DNA of 64,000 nt, taken from contig NC_092679.1 of assembly GCF_964355755.1 (NCBI RefSeq), positions 7,842,201 to 7,906,200 on the forward strand, written 5' to 3'. The translations under genes were made by a program, and so were the position numbers. How positions within the stretch are numbered: the first letter of the stretch is position 1; each line of letters starts with the position of its first letter. This document shows, in pieces, positions 12,795 to 24,300 of the stretch. This DNA is from Antedon mediterranea (Eukaryota > Animalia > Echinodermata). The notes beneath the pieces were generated by a model that saw only the letters and a program-made list of their open reading frames with translations, was not told where the DNA came from and searched no databases.

Positions 12795-15700
12795 ATGAAT
12801 GTAAATGTGTGTAAATTACTATGTTTGCTGGTTGGGATTCAGCTGGTAAAGAGTCTCACAACACCTTCTAAAGGTAAGTTACACTGTTTGATAAGTTACA
12901 TCTACATTATATGGACATGAAGTCATATCACTACCATATTTGGACATATCACTACCATATTTGGGCACATCACACTTTTTTTGTCAGACTAGTTTGATAG
13001 TGTAGACAGAGCTTTACTGTACTGTAGTATAACAAAATATATTGTTTATTCTTAAAACAGAAAGTGATGATTCTGTAATATTGTAAGACTTTATCTTGAG
13101 AAAACAAAAATGTTTTCTTTTATTTTCAGGCTGCCTTGATCCAGGTCCTATTGACAATGGAAGTCGTGAGCCACCACCGATTCAAGGCTATTTAAAAATG
13201 AATACTATCATTCATTACTACTGTGATGATAACTATATCTCTAAAGGGGCAAAAAAGATCATTTGTGACAATGAAAATCAGTGGTTACCACAAATTCCAG
13301 AGTGTATTCGTAAGTTTCAAGCTACTGTACAATACAGTAGTCATCATTGTTACATAACATGCCAATGAAATAGTCTTGACTATTGTAAATGTGGGTCAAT
13401 AACCTGTGTCTTGCAGCCCACGGTAACTGTGCTGAATTGTGCGTGTGTGGATGGCACTATAACATTTTAAGGACCCACTTACTTCTGTCTACTCAGATAT
13501 TATTGATACTTTACACTAATTGGTACATGCTTATTTTTTCAGCAACTATATATTGTCAAGAGCCAAATATTCCCAATGGTAAAATATCTGGAACAACAGT
13601 ACCTGGATCTCAAGTTCATTACAATCCTAATACTAAAGCTGAATTAACTTGTGATACTGGTTATGAACCGTCAACAAATGGAGAAAGTGTTAATCATTGT
13701 GGAGATAATGGCATGTGGTCCTATACATGGGCACAATGTCAAGGTACAGTACCTATCATTATGTTTAGGATAATAAATCCCATCATTTGGTAAATAAATA
13801 ATTATTTAATTGGTAAAGATTGTGAAAAAGTGGAAACAATGATAGTACAATATGTCAATATAAATTACATAGAAATTGTGTAGATCTAAGTATCTAAATA
13901 TACAAAAACAGTGCAATATCGCCTTAATAGACTATTGGTACAAGAGATGATGGACAAGTAATATCTACCGTCACATAAACCTTAACATGTTTAGGAAATG
14001 AGTTGTGCAAAATGGAATGCCTGTTGTTATTAACCCCCAAATATTGTACATTATATTTTTATTGTACCCTAAGTATCTAGTCGTAGTAGTAGACAGATTT
14101 GTACACTAACAATTTTAAAGGCAAATAATTATTGAATTCTTACAGACAGCAATGAATGTTCTTCTAACAACATTTGTCAACATGGAGGATTCTGCATCAA
14201 TACAGAAGGTGCATATCTTTGTCATTGTAGAGGCGATTACTTTGGTGTCAACTGTGAAAAAGGTAGCACACTATACACAAACATGTTATTTGCATGAAAA
14301 CTACTATTATGTTGAATGTCTGCACAATTAGTATTTCATTCAATAGGAATAATATTTAAATAGTTATGGAATTGTATATACTGTATTACAGTTTTAGATC
14401 AATAGATAAATAAATAAGTGTAATACATATACATATATATTGAAAATATTCTTTTTTCCAAACCAATAATTAGTAAAAACTAACCTTGACAGTTTCGCTG
14501 TCCTGATCGGACAGCTTCTTCAGAAACTGTCAAGGTTAGTTTTTACTAATTATTGGTTTGGAAAAAAGAATATTTTCAATATACTTATACCTACAAACCA
14601 GATGAACATTTTCAATCACATATACATATATTTGTTCTTTTAGAAGTGATTAAAGGATGTTTAGAACCAGAGAATGTAACTAATGCTTATAGGCATTTTG
14701 GTAGGGAACCTTCACCTGATAACGGTTATTACTACCTCGATACCAGAGTCACTTACACTTGCATAAATGGCTATACAATGACTGGTAGCAATGCATTGTT
14801 TTGTATAGATGGACAATGGGAAGGAAGCTACCCTACATGTAGTAAGTATAGATCTTTTACCTCATATTTTCCCATTGCTGGAAGATGCCCTTAAAATCTA
14901 AAACAACAAAAAGATAATTCAATTCATATTATTGTTATTTTTCAGGTATAAAGTGTGGTCATCCTCCAACAGTTCCACATAGCACATACAAGCCTAATTT
15001 TGAATTGTATTCTACATCAGACAAGGTCACATATGCATGCCAAGAAGGTTTTTATCTAGTGGGAAATGCTGTTATAACATGCGATGTGGGCAACTGGACC
15101 GGTACTGGTCTAACAACTTGTGCCCCTCAATGTAAGTTTACAATGAATTAACTATTGTTGTCAGTTTATTTGCATTATTATTACACAAATTTTCTTCTAT
15201 CGAATTCTCTCATGTATGACAATATTTTTACCGTGTAATAGGCAAATTCCATAATACAGCTTCTCATGTGCATCACATGTGATAATGTATTATGGAAGGT
15301 TAGGTTAAGGATTAGAGTCTATGATATAGAAACACATGCGAATTTACCAATGATACTAAACATACAATACCAAGAATCAGCTTGTTTTCCTCCATTGCTG
15401 ATGTTGACATTCCCAGAATGTTATTAATAACATTGGTAAATAAAAACACTTATTATAATGTTTTGTTTATTTTTGCAGATTATTGTCCAGATCCTGGTAC
15501 ACCAGCTAACGGTGATAGATGTTGTCAAGAAGTGTTCATCCCGACGGTGACACTCAAATTTTATTGTAATACTGATTACATATTGATAGGAAACAAGGAA
15601 ATATCATGTCAAACAGATGGTACATGGAACACTGTGGCGCCTGTGTGTCAATTAGGTATGTTAATGTGTATCAGGGCAATGAGATGGCACATAAGGAGGT

Positions 15701-16718
15701 AAAAGGTGCATGCAGGGTACATGCATCAGATGTTTATCTTTGGCTATCTTGCTCTATTTACTTATTTTACATATGATAAACAAGTAAATATTTTGCATTG
15801 CTATTAGATGCTGAGTGAATAGCTTGAACTTAATAGTACTTTTAATATGTTATTATTATACATACTTTAATTTATGCAAGGGTTAGGCTTTTACTATTTT
15901 TCTGGTCTCCTATTATCATTCTTTTTTTTATCATCATTCTTTCATTTTTGTAATTCGTTACAGAATCTCCTGATACAGCTGACGGTGGACAGCATATGTT
16001 GACCAATGAAACTTTTACAATTGTTGTAGCGATTTCAGGATCTATCATGGGTATACTAACCGTCACCATCATTTTGTCAATTCGTGAATGTTGTACCCAA
16101 AGGCGTAGACGACCACGCTGTCGATATCACTCGTCATCCATAGCAACACGTGTTGCTCGTATGCGTGAACGCCATAACTCCCATTTGTTGTCGTTGACCG
16201 CAAATATGGAAGTGCCGTTGCCATCATATGAAGAAGCCACTGCAGGTGTTCAACAACCAGGTAATGATGTATCTTCACTACAAACAGCTGAAAATAACGA
16301 TGAACGTCCACCAGAATTGCCACCACGCCCTGCAAGTATGACGCATAACCAACAACCAGTTCAGTCTCAACAAAGACTTGACAATAACCCTACATTAAAT
16401 GCACCACCTATTCCCAGGTCAAGCAGGGTTCCTTCACGGCAGAGACGCAGGAGAGAAAGTCAACAACAATCCGTAACTGCCGGTCCTCTGATGGAAACCT
16501 CATCAGAACTTAATGAATTGCCAAATTCTAATAATAGTCTACAAATGAATGATTGCAATGTGGCAATACTTGATTCAGAAGATGGTACAACATTGAATAA
16601 CGATAATGTATCGTTGGAAAGTGGTGTGATGTCAGACCAGCAAGATGGCAGCAACAGTGAGTTATCCGCAACAATAGCTGGAGAACTTACTCCTTCAGCT
16701 TCTTCAGAGAGTTTGTGA
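12795..16718 (+). CDS. Type I membrane protein with 5 Sushi/CCP domains and 1 EGF-Ca domain, SUSD4/SUSD6-like
   Basis: Exons ~12795-12873 (signal peptide MNVNVCKLLCLLVGIQLVKS), 13130-13309, 13543-13743, 14146-14262 (EGF: NECSSNNICQHGGFCINTEGAYLCHC), 14645-14841, 14946-15131, 15479-15655 and 15964-16718 (TM helix, basic stop-transfer, LPSYEEA PY-type motif). GT-AG phase-1 introns. Confidence 0.85.
12880..13015. mobile_element. MITE family A (AGCTCTGTCTACACTATCAAAC TIR, PIF/Harbinger-like), partial copy
   Basis: The same sequence occurs at ~23654-23800, 24653-24745 (partial), ~51335 (partial) and 55178-55319. Confidence 0.75.
14436..14583. repeat. Perfect 61-bp inverted repeat enclosing a hammerhead core (Penelope-type inverted remnant)
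   Basis: Arms 14436-14496 and 14523-14583 are exact reverse complements. The minus strand across the centre reads CUGAAGA-A-GCUGUCC-GAUCA-GGACAGC-GAAAC-UGUC. Confidence 0.8.
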
Positions 16719-17841
16719 ACTTTTGATGATGGTATTTACATTTTTCATTGTGGTGGTTATAATATCCTATTTGTTGTCATTACATAATTCTGCTGTGTTG
16801 TCTGTTGTACTGTATCTTTGTTAGTTCCAGTTGCTTATATTCCTGTCACTGTTGTGTTTTCTTGTGTATATCAGCACTGCCTTCTTAATCCCAAAACCAT
16901 GGTTATGATATTAATTGTGATTTTGTTTTCTTTTCAGGTATACCACTGATTCAGCAAAATTAAATACAAGCAAAATGTATGTACCATGATGCATGCAACT
17001 ACATACAGTATATTTTTTTACTTAGAATGTAAAATATTGATAAATGATTTACTATTGTACAAAATACAAACTTGAAAAATTTAAGAAATTTTTATTTAAA
17101 CACAAAGTTAACATTGGCTCTCAGGAAGGTATAGCCACTGATGTAGTAAACTAATTTACAGTAGGAAAAGAAAACTAGATAGGAAACTGGGTTTAGTAGA
17201 CTATCTATGAAAAGAAACATTCCTGTTAAGATCACAAAGCTTTGGTTTGGATTAAAACCTTACACATACTCAACAGGTACTGACTGTATGATACACTAAA
17301 TGTGAAAGTAGATTAAGCAAAAACCGTATTAACACATTTAAATCATTTGGACACCTGATTTTGCAAATCAAAAGTAATTTTAATATCGCACATAATATCT
17401 TTGTGTACTTAAACTAAATCTTGAACTAATCTAGTAGTAGAAATAGACATTACAATTATCTTGAAATACATTTCTCAGCCATTACTTTATGAAATATTTT
17501 TCATAACCATTTGTATCATGGGTATTTTCAATTCCAACTGACTTTATGCAAATAAATTTCTGTAATCAATACAAAAGTTGTTGTGTATTTATTGCAGCAC
17601 TACATAGCAAAGAATAAATCCATTATTGACTAACATAGATATGTTTGTATTCAGTGTTCTACAATAATCTTGGTCACTAGAGTGTAAACTTAACATGGAT
17701 ATGTTTGTATACAATGTTATACATTAATCTTGGTCACTAGAGTGTAAACTTCAAGGTTCACATCTCCACATATGATGTAATACAGTTTCACATAATGTAT
17801 CACATCCAGTGCCTCATTTTAAGGCTAGGTTTATGGCCCAT

Positions 17842-18493
17842 GATGATTTCGATCCAAGTCGGCCCTAAACCGTCTCGGCCAAAGTCAAGTCGGCCCCAAG
17901 TCAAGTCGGCCCCAAGTCAACTCGGCCTCACGTCAACTCGGCCCCGTTAAAATATGGAACGCAAAAAGTGCAAATGAAGGGGATTGATAAAATAATATTT
18001 CTTCACAATTTTTTAACTATAAATAATTCTGACTTTTAATGAATATTAATATTTAGACAATAATATATTTAGCAAAAAAAATAGGAATGATTTCACCAAC
18101 TTTCCTTTATTTACGTTTAATAAAATTTCAAATTGCACAATTGAAAACAATTCGTAGCTGCGCCTCCCAGCGCCTTTGGCAGCTTTTTCGATATCTACAA
18201 CTGCTACGTGTTTTCCCCTTTTTTTAAAACGCAAATCATGGACAAAAACGATAGGTACCTGCACTGTTTTTGTAACACGCGGGTACTTATATTCATATCG
18301 GCAATGAGTTCATTTTTTTATATATTATTTAATTATATTATTTTTTTTATTTCTTCATTTTTTTTAAAGCGTGGATAGTAAGACTCAAAATAATATTAAG
18401 CACTTTTTGCGTTCCATACTTTATTGTGGCCGAGTTGACCGATTAGTTTTTGGCCGAGTTGACCTGAGGCCGAGTTGACTTGGTACAGCCATC
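17842..18493. mobile_element. Non-autonomous DNA transposon with ~20-bp subterminal repeats
   Basis: CAAGTCAACTCGGCC-type repeats at the left end, GGCCGAGTTGACTTG inverted at the right end, and an internal inverted ATGGAACGCAAAAAGTG. Superfamily not resolved. Confidence 0.7.
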
Positions 18494-18752
18494 ACATGTA
18501 ACTGTATTACAGAATTTGCCTATGATACAGTACCAAGAATCTGTTCCTAGCTCACTGAAACTTGAATTTACAAAAACTCAACTAAACGGTGTGGGAGGGA
18601 GATGTTAGTACAGTAATTTAATTGTTTACATTAATCATGATTCCAACAAATTTCTTTCCATAAATTAATACATATAATTTAATAAAAAATTGTTTTTTTT
18701 ATAATTCAACTTTTGTGGTAAATGCTTTTTTTTTATTTATAGTGTTAACAAT

Positions 18753-20604
18753 CTAGTTTTGTTCTTTCTGAACTTTCAATTCACGGTGCATTTCTTGGTT
18801 TCGCTTGAGCATTTGGTTGATGGAGTATTCACTCTCCTGACCGACCTCTGTCAGCCGAAGGTCAATGTGAAGTAAGGTCGTGTTTTCTTCTAAACCTTCC
18901 TGTATTTGCTTGCCACCATCCTATTAAGAAAAAGTAAATATACATTATAATGAAAACTGACGAGATATAATGAATTGTCACTCAATTTGAAAATGTTTGT
19001 GTATAACAACAGAAAACCTTGCATGCAAGTATCTACTAAAAATCACGGTGTAGAATCTAGATTAACAATACTTACTGGTCCTAGCCTGTTGCATGACAAG
19101 TCAATATATTTTAAGGTTGTATTATGGATGACAATTTGAGCAAGTACTGCTGCTGTTGGTTCACTAAGCTCATTACTACCAAGATTTAAGTTCTCTAATG
19201 TTGTGTTCTTAGTCAATGTTTGACAGATTGCCTGACCACCTTTAAAATAAAAAAAAACTGACATTATAGTTGAAAATGTAGATAAATGTGTTGCATTCTG
19301 TTTAACTGAAGTAACATTATACGAGTAATAACATTTAGCCTACTTAAATAAATTAGTATTCATTACCGTCATCTCCAATCCTGTTTAACTTCATATCCAA
19401 TAGTTTAAGAGTAGTATTCTTGGAAAGCGCATGCCCTATTGCTGCAGCACCATTGGCCCGAATCTTATTGTTACTCAAATTTAATTTAGTAAGTTTACAA
19501 CGTCCATTGATAAACTTTCCAATGGCTCTCGCTCCGCTGTCTGCAATCATGTTGTGAGATAGGTCCAGCTCTGATAGGCTTGGATGGTCAAGGATATGTG
19601 CAATTAGAACACGCGTCTTATCATCATCTACTTTACTTCTGTGTAACTTAAACACTTTAAGTGTTCGACATTTCTTAATACACTTAGACAATAAGAGACA
19701 ATCACGATTGGTAAACATAAACAGGTTCCACTCAAAGTTCATACCGCAATCTCGTACTCCATAAGTGATACTAAACTCTTGTAAATGTGGCAGTTTGTCA
19801 AAGACTGTGCTGAACTCAAAATGGTCCATAGAGGGTGTGTCTAACCCAGATTCACTTCCTACATCTGAGACATCATCTGGGATTTTGTTCGGTTCCTCTT
19901 TGACTGGAGGAAGCAACTGTTTTAAGTCAAGTTTCCAGATATATGGACTAGCAAGAGGAAGAGTGTTATTCAGTTGTGTTTCTTCTGTAGTCTCAGGTAC
20001 AAAATGTTCTATAATATATTCAATATGTCTCTCAAAGAACATTCTTTTCCAGTTGTGTTGATACTTGGATACATCACATACATTCCATGTTGCTTTACAT
20101 CTTCTTTGCCAGTAGCCTTCATCACACACTAGGTGGGAAACTACTGATAATGGTAGGTTGGTTGAAATCTTTTCCAGAACTTTGTCTTTGTATTTTGGCA
20201 ACAGCTCATTCAGCTTTGGATGTTCTGTGGAAAGAATGATGAGTAGTTTTAGTAATAATTTAATTTAAAGTTAGAGAAAGATTTTTTAAATGTTGGTGCT
20301 TCTCAGTATTTTTAGTATAAATTTATACAAAATTACCTGCAAAGTTATCAACAATATGCTTCACACAAAGTTCCGTTAGCAGAGGAACTGTAGCCAATGA
20401 CCAATTTGGATCTTCTGCAATTATCCGCCTCATGTTACGACTATCTGCAGCTGAATTGTTTTTGGCGCTTGTTAAAGGAGAAGGTAGCGATTTTCTTGTT
20501 CCACCACTTTTGACACTCTGTTTAGTTTGTGAAAAACTCCCGTTGTTATTTGCATTTTGGGCATCAGCTGATGAGCCATCAATAATCGGCGGTTCGGTAG
20601 ACAT
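18753..20604 (-). CDS. TCTE1: Dynein regulatory complex subunit 5 (T-complex-associated testis-expressed 1), LRR protein
   Basis: Exons ~20337-20604, 19366-20226, 19075-19240 and 18753-18920. Motifs MRRIIAEDPNWSLATVPLLTELC, YGVRDCGMNFEWNLF and DLRLTEVGQESEY, plus ribonuclease-inhibitor-type LRRs. A 5' non-coding exon has its donor near 21057. Confidence 0.92.
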
Positions 20605-21137
20605 GTCGGCCTCTTTTCTAGATAGTAGGAGAAACAGAAAAATCATTAATAAAATGTATGTTGTGGCCAAAAGTAGGCGAATAAAATAAACTAAATAAAA
20701 TTAAACATCTTTTTATTTATTTTTAATTGATTTGTTTGGCATTGTCGATTTTATTACTTATTAGTAAATTCTCATAAATTGCTTTATAAAATAATACATT
20801 AGATTGACATGGAGAATCCTAGCTACCTAGCTAGGCCTATACACTTACTACTAGCTAGGAGGCCTATTTTAGAGAATGCCTCGACTTTATACTAGGCCTA
20901 GTCTAGGAGGCACTGTTGACCACAAGCTAGCTATATACTTCACATCCAGCCTAGGCCTAGGGCCTAGCTAGGTTACAAGAAGACTAACATTGCAATGAAC
21001 TTGGTAAAGTAAAAAAACACATCAATATGAAGACAATGACTTCATAAATTAACTTACATGAAAATAGATATATAATTTGATGATTTAAGCGTGGTGTGCA
21101 GGTTGTAGCTAAACAAAAACAGCACTCTCTGTTTGCT

Positions 21138-21150
21138 GTTGCTATGGAAC
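21138..21150. promoter_or_regulatory. RFX X-box-like element at the TCTE1 start
   Basis: GTTGCTATGGAAC resembles the X-box GTTGCCATGGCAAC and sits at the promoter of a motile-cilia gene. Confidence 0.55.
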
Positions 21151-21333
21151 TTCCAAAATGATAACAGGAGATTTATGGAGTCCGCCCTCTATAAAGTAGT
21201 ATAAACAAAAACAAATCACACGTGGTGGGAGGCGAAGGATCACCAGCCTTAGCTTCTCTAGGCTCTAGCTAGATTCGTCTCGTCTTGGTGGCCTGGCCTA
21301 GCTCTAAAGTAGTAGGGAACTGCAGTGCAGATT

Positions 21334-24300
21334 ATGGTTTTTAAGTGTGTTTATATTAGCCAATTTCTGTGCATTCCTATGTTATGTATCTTCATAGGCA
21401 TTTTCTTTCTTTCTAATGTTAAAGGTAATATTTATTATTTAAAATCAAGAAATATGATCTGATAATCAACAATGAATAAATTAGGCCTATATAATAATAA
21501 TATTTATTTAGGGAATATTTTATTATCCTATATAAATAAATCTCCATTATATTACTGCAGTGCTAACTGCGCCGCATACTAACTTTGTAGTAGGTAGAGT
21601 CACGATCAATCGGCATAAACTCCGAGAGTGCATACCTCTGCCTACTGTAAAATTTCACCGAAAAAAAAAGTTTGTTGTGTCTTAATGCTGTGTGTGATTA
21701 GGCTACTTTCACTACAACCATGTGTATGCGAATTTGGTGTAATGTAACCAGCCATCTATATTTTCATTTTGGTAAAGATCTTGCAATAAATTTTTGAGTA
21801 ATCCTGCTAACAAGCAGACAAACACACGTGATAGACTACATACCTCCTTGGCGGCGGTAAATAAAGGATTACTGTACACCGTATGTTCAACTTGTTAGAG
21901 TCTTGATTTGGCGGGCGGAGGTAAATAAAGGATTACTGAACACCGTATGTTCAACTTGTTAGAGTCTTGATTTGGCGGAGGTAAATAAAGGATTACTGAA
22001 CACTGTATGTTCAACTTGTTAGAGTCTTGATTTGGCCGAGGTAAATAAAGGATTACTGAACACCGTATGTTCAACTTGTTAGAGTCTTGATTTGGCGGAG
22101 GTAAATAAAGGATTACTGAACACCGTATGTTCAACTTGTTAGAGTCTTGATTTGGCGGAGGTAAATAAAGGATTACTGAACACCGTATGTTCAACTTGTT
22201 AGTCTTGATTTGGCGGAGGTAAATAAAGGATTACTGTACACCGTATGTTCAACTTGTTAGTCTTGATTTGTAATATTCATTTACAGTAAATGAGGAAAAA
22301 GAACTAGTTGTGGGAATACTATCTGCCAGAGAAAACTTTGTTAGACGAGATGTATTGCGAAATACTTGGGTAGGATACACCAATGCAAAACTTCAAGACC
22401 GGTATTTACAATTTTTATAATAATGTTTATAATATTTCCATATATAAACTTTACTGAACATTATTTTGGTTACTTTAGATTGACTGTTCATTTTGGTAAT
22501 TACAAAAGTATTGCTTTAAACATTTCATATATAACAACTAAATAATAAAAGGATGAAATAGAAATAATTCATTTTTCTATATATTTTAATACTAAATGCT
22601 ACAATAATAAGAAATGCATTTGTAATGTTATACTTTTTAATAATAATATTTTACTTTTCAGAATTAAAGTAAAATTTGTCATTGGAAACAAATGTTGTCA
22701 TATTCATGAAGATGACAGAATAAGCCCATATTCCTGTCAGAACTTACACTATGACTACAAAGGGAGTAAGTGACTGTATAGTATGGTAGTATAGTTTTAT
22801 TAATACATTTTTGTAAAATAATGCAATTTTCGTTGGTACTACCTGTATTTGTTTTTCCATTTACTACACAATTGAATTGTCTAATGCACTGTACACTGAA
22901 TTCTGTTAGCAAACAATTAATGGAATTTATAATTTTTTTTTAGATTTACGAGATGAAATGTTTGTTTTTAAGGACACTATTTCGGTGAAAACCATCCCCA
23001 TTGAGCTTCAGAATGTTGGATTTGATTTCCGGGTAAGATTTTCTACCTAGCCAATCAATTTTGTCAAAGTTTTTAAATTATTATTACCAATAATATGGGA
23101 TAATGCGTAATTAATATGATTATTGGTTATTTTAGGTTCATCATGATGTTGTTATTGTAATGCTTGGAATATTAAATAGCTGTATTCAATCAAATCAAAA
23201 TATATACAATGTCAGTGTGTATGACGCCTCACATCAGGTAAGATCAATTTATTTTTGTATTGATCTGAGGATCCCTAATGCTTCAGCCGGAGGAGACACT
23301 AATACATATATATGGTGCTTGCTAAATATACAAATTAAAGGGAAGAAATAATTTTAAACAAAATAATAAAGGTAAAGGAACTTCAGATTAGGAACTTCAC
23401 CAATACAATGAATAACTTATAATTAATCTAAACGTTATCTTACTTTAGGAGATTTTTGTAAGTGTAAACTTTAGTGCTGATGATCCTGGGATGTTATCTG
23501 GTGTTTGGCGTTTTAAAACTGTAAAACAAATGGTCTACCCAAAAGTAAGGTATTCATTTAATTCAGAGTACTGTATATCTAATCTAAATCTAAAATTATT
23601 TTAACCCAATCATACTCGAGTATTGTTTTTAAAAGTGGTTTCAAACCAGTTTTAAGCTCTGTCCACAACTATCAAACTTTATGTGACAAAAAATGTGATG
23701 TGCCCATAAATGGACACAATGACGTCACACTACCATTGACTACCATTGGGCACATCACACTTATTTTGTTAAACTAGTTTGATAGTGTAGACAGAACTTT
23801 ATACTGCAGTATTGTTTGTTTTTCTTTCTAATCTGTTGTATACTCAATTTTATTCTCATATTTTGCAGGGCTTTGAAGGATCTTTAATAACTCGTGTTGA
23901 TGTACAAAATGTTTGGCAAAGTATAGATCCATTGCAGCATTTGAAAGGGGCAGTTCAAGAGGAAGATGTAATAACTATTACAAAGGTACATAATCGATTG
24001 AAAAGTCGAGAGCCTCAACAGTTTTTTTCATAACTAAATATTCATTTGGAATGATTACCTTACATTTTTTGTAAACTAGTACTGTTTTCATCAAACTCGT
24101 CCATCCCTAACATATTAAATAATTTATTTTCTTTTAAGGGACTCCGAATTATTAAGGAGAACGGTGATTCTTCTTTTGAACCTTTCATGAAAGAAAGTGA
24201 TCATCAACTTACAAACAGCAATATGTTATATATACTTGATGGTGAGCGAAGTAAAATTAGTGTTATTATTAAAATATACGAACTCACCATGTTTTCCACT

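Noticed and set aside
19765-20689. Plus-strand ORFs opposite TCTE1 (similar cases at 27139-27453 and 16069-16654)
   Set aside because: Antisense shadows of real exons.
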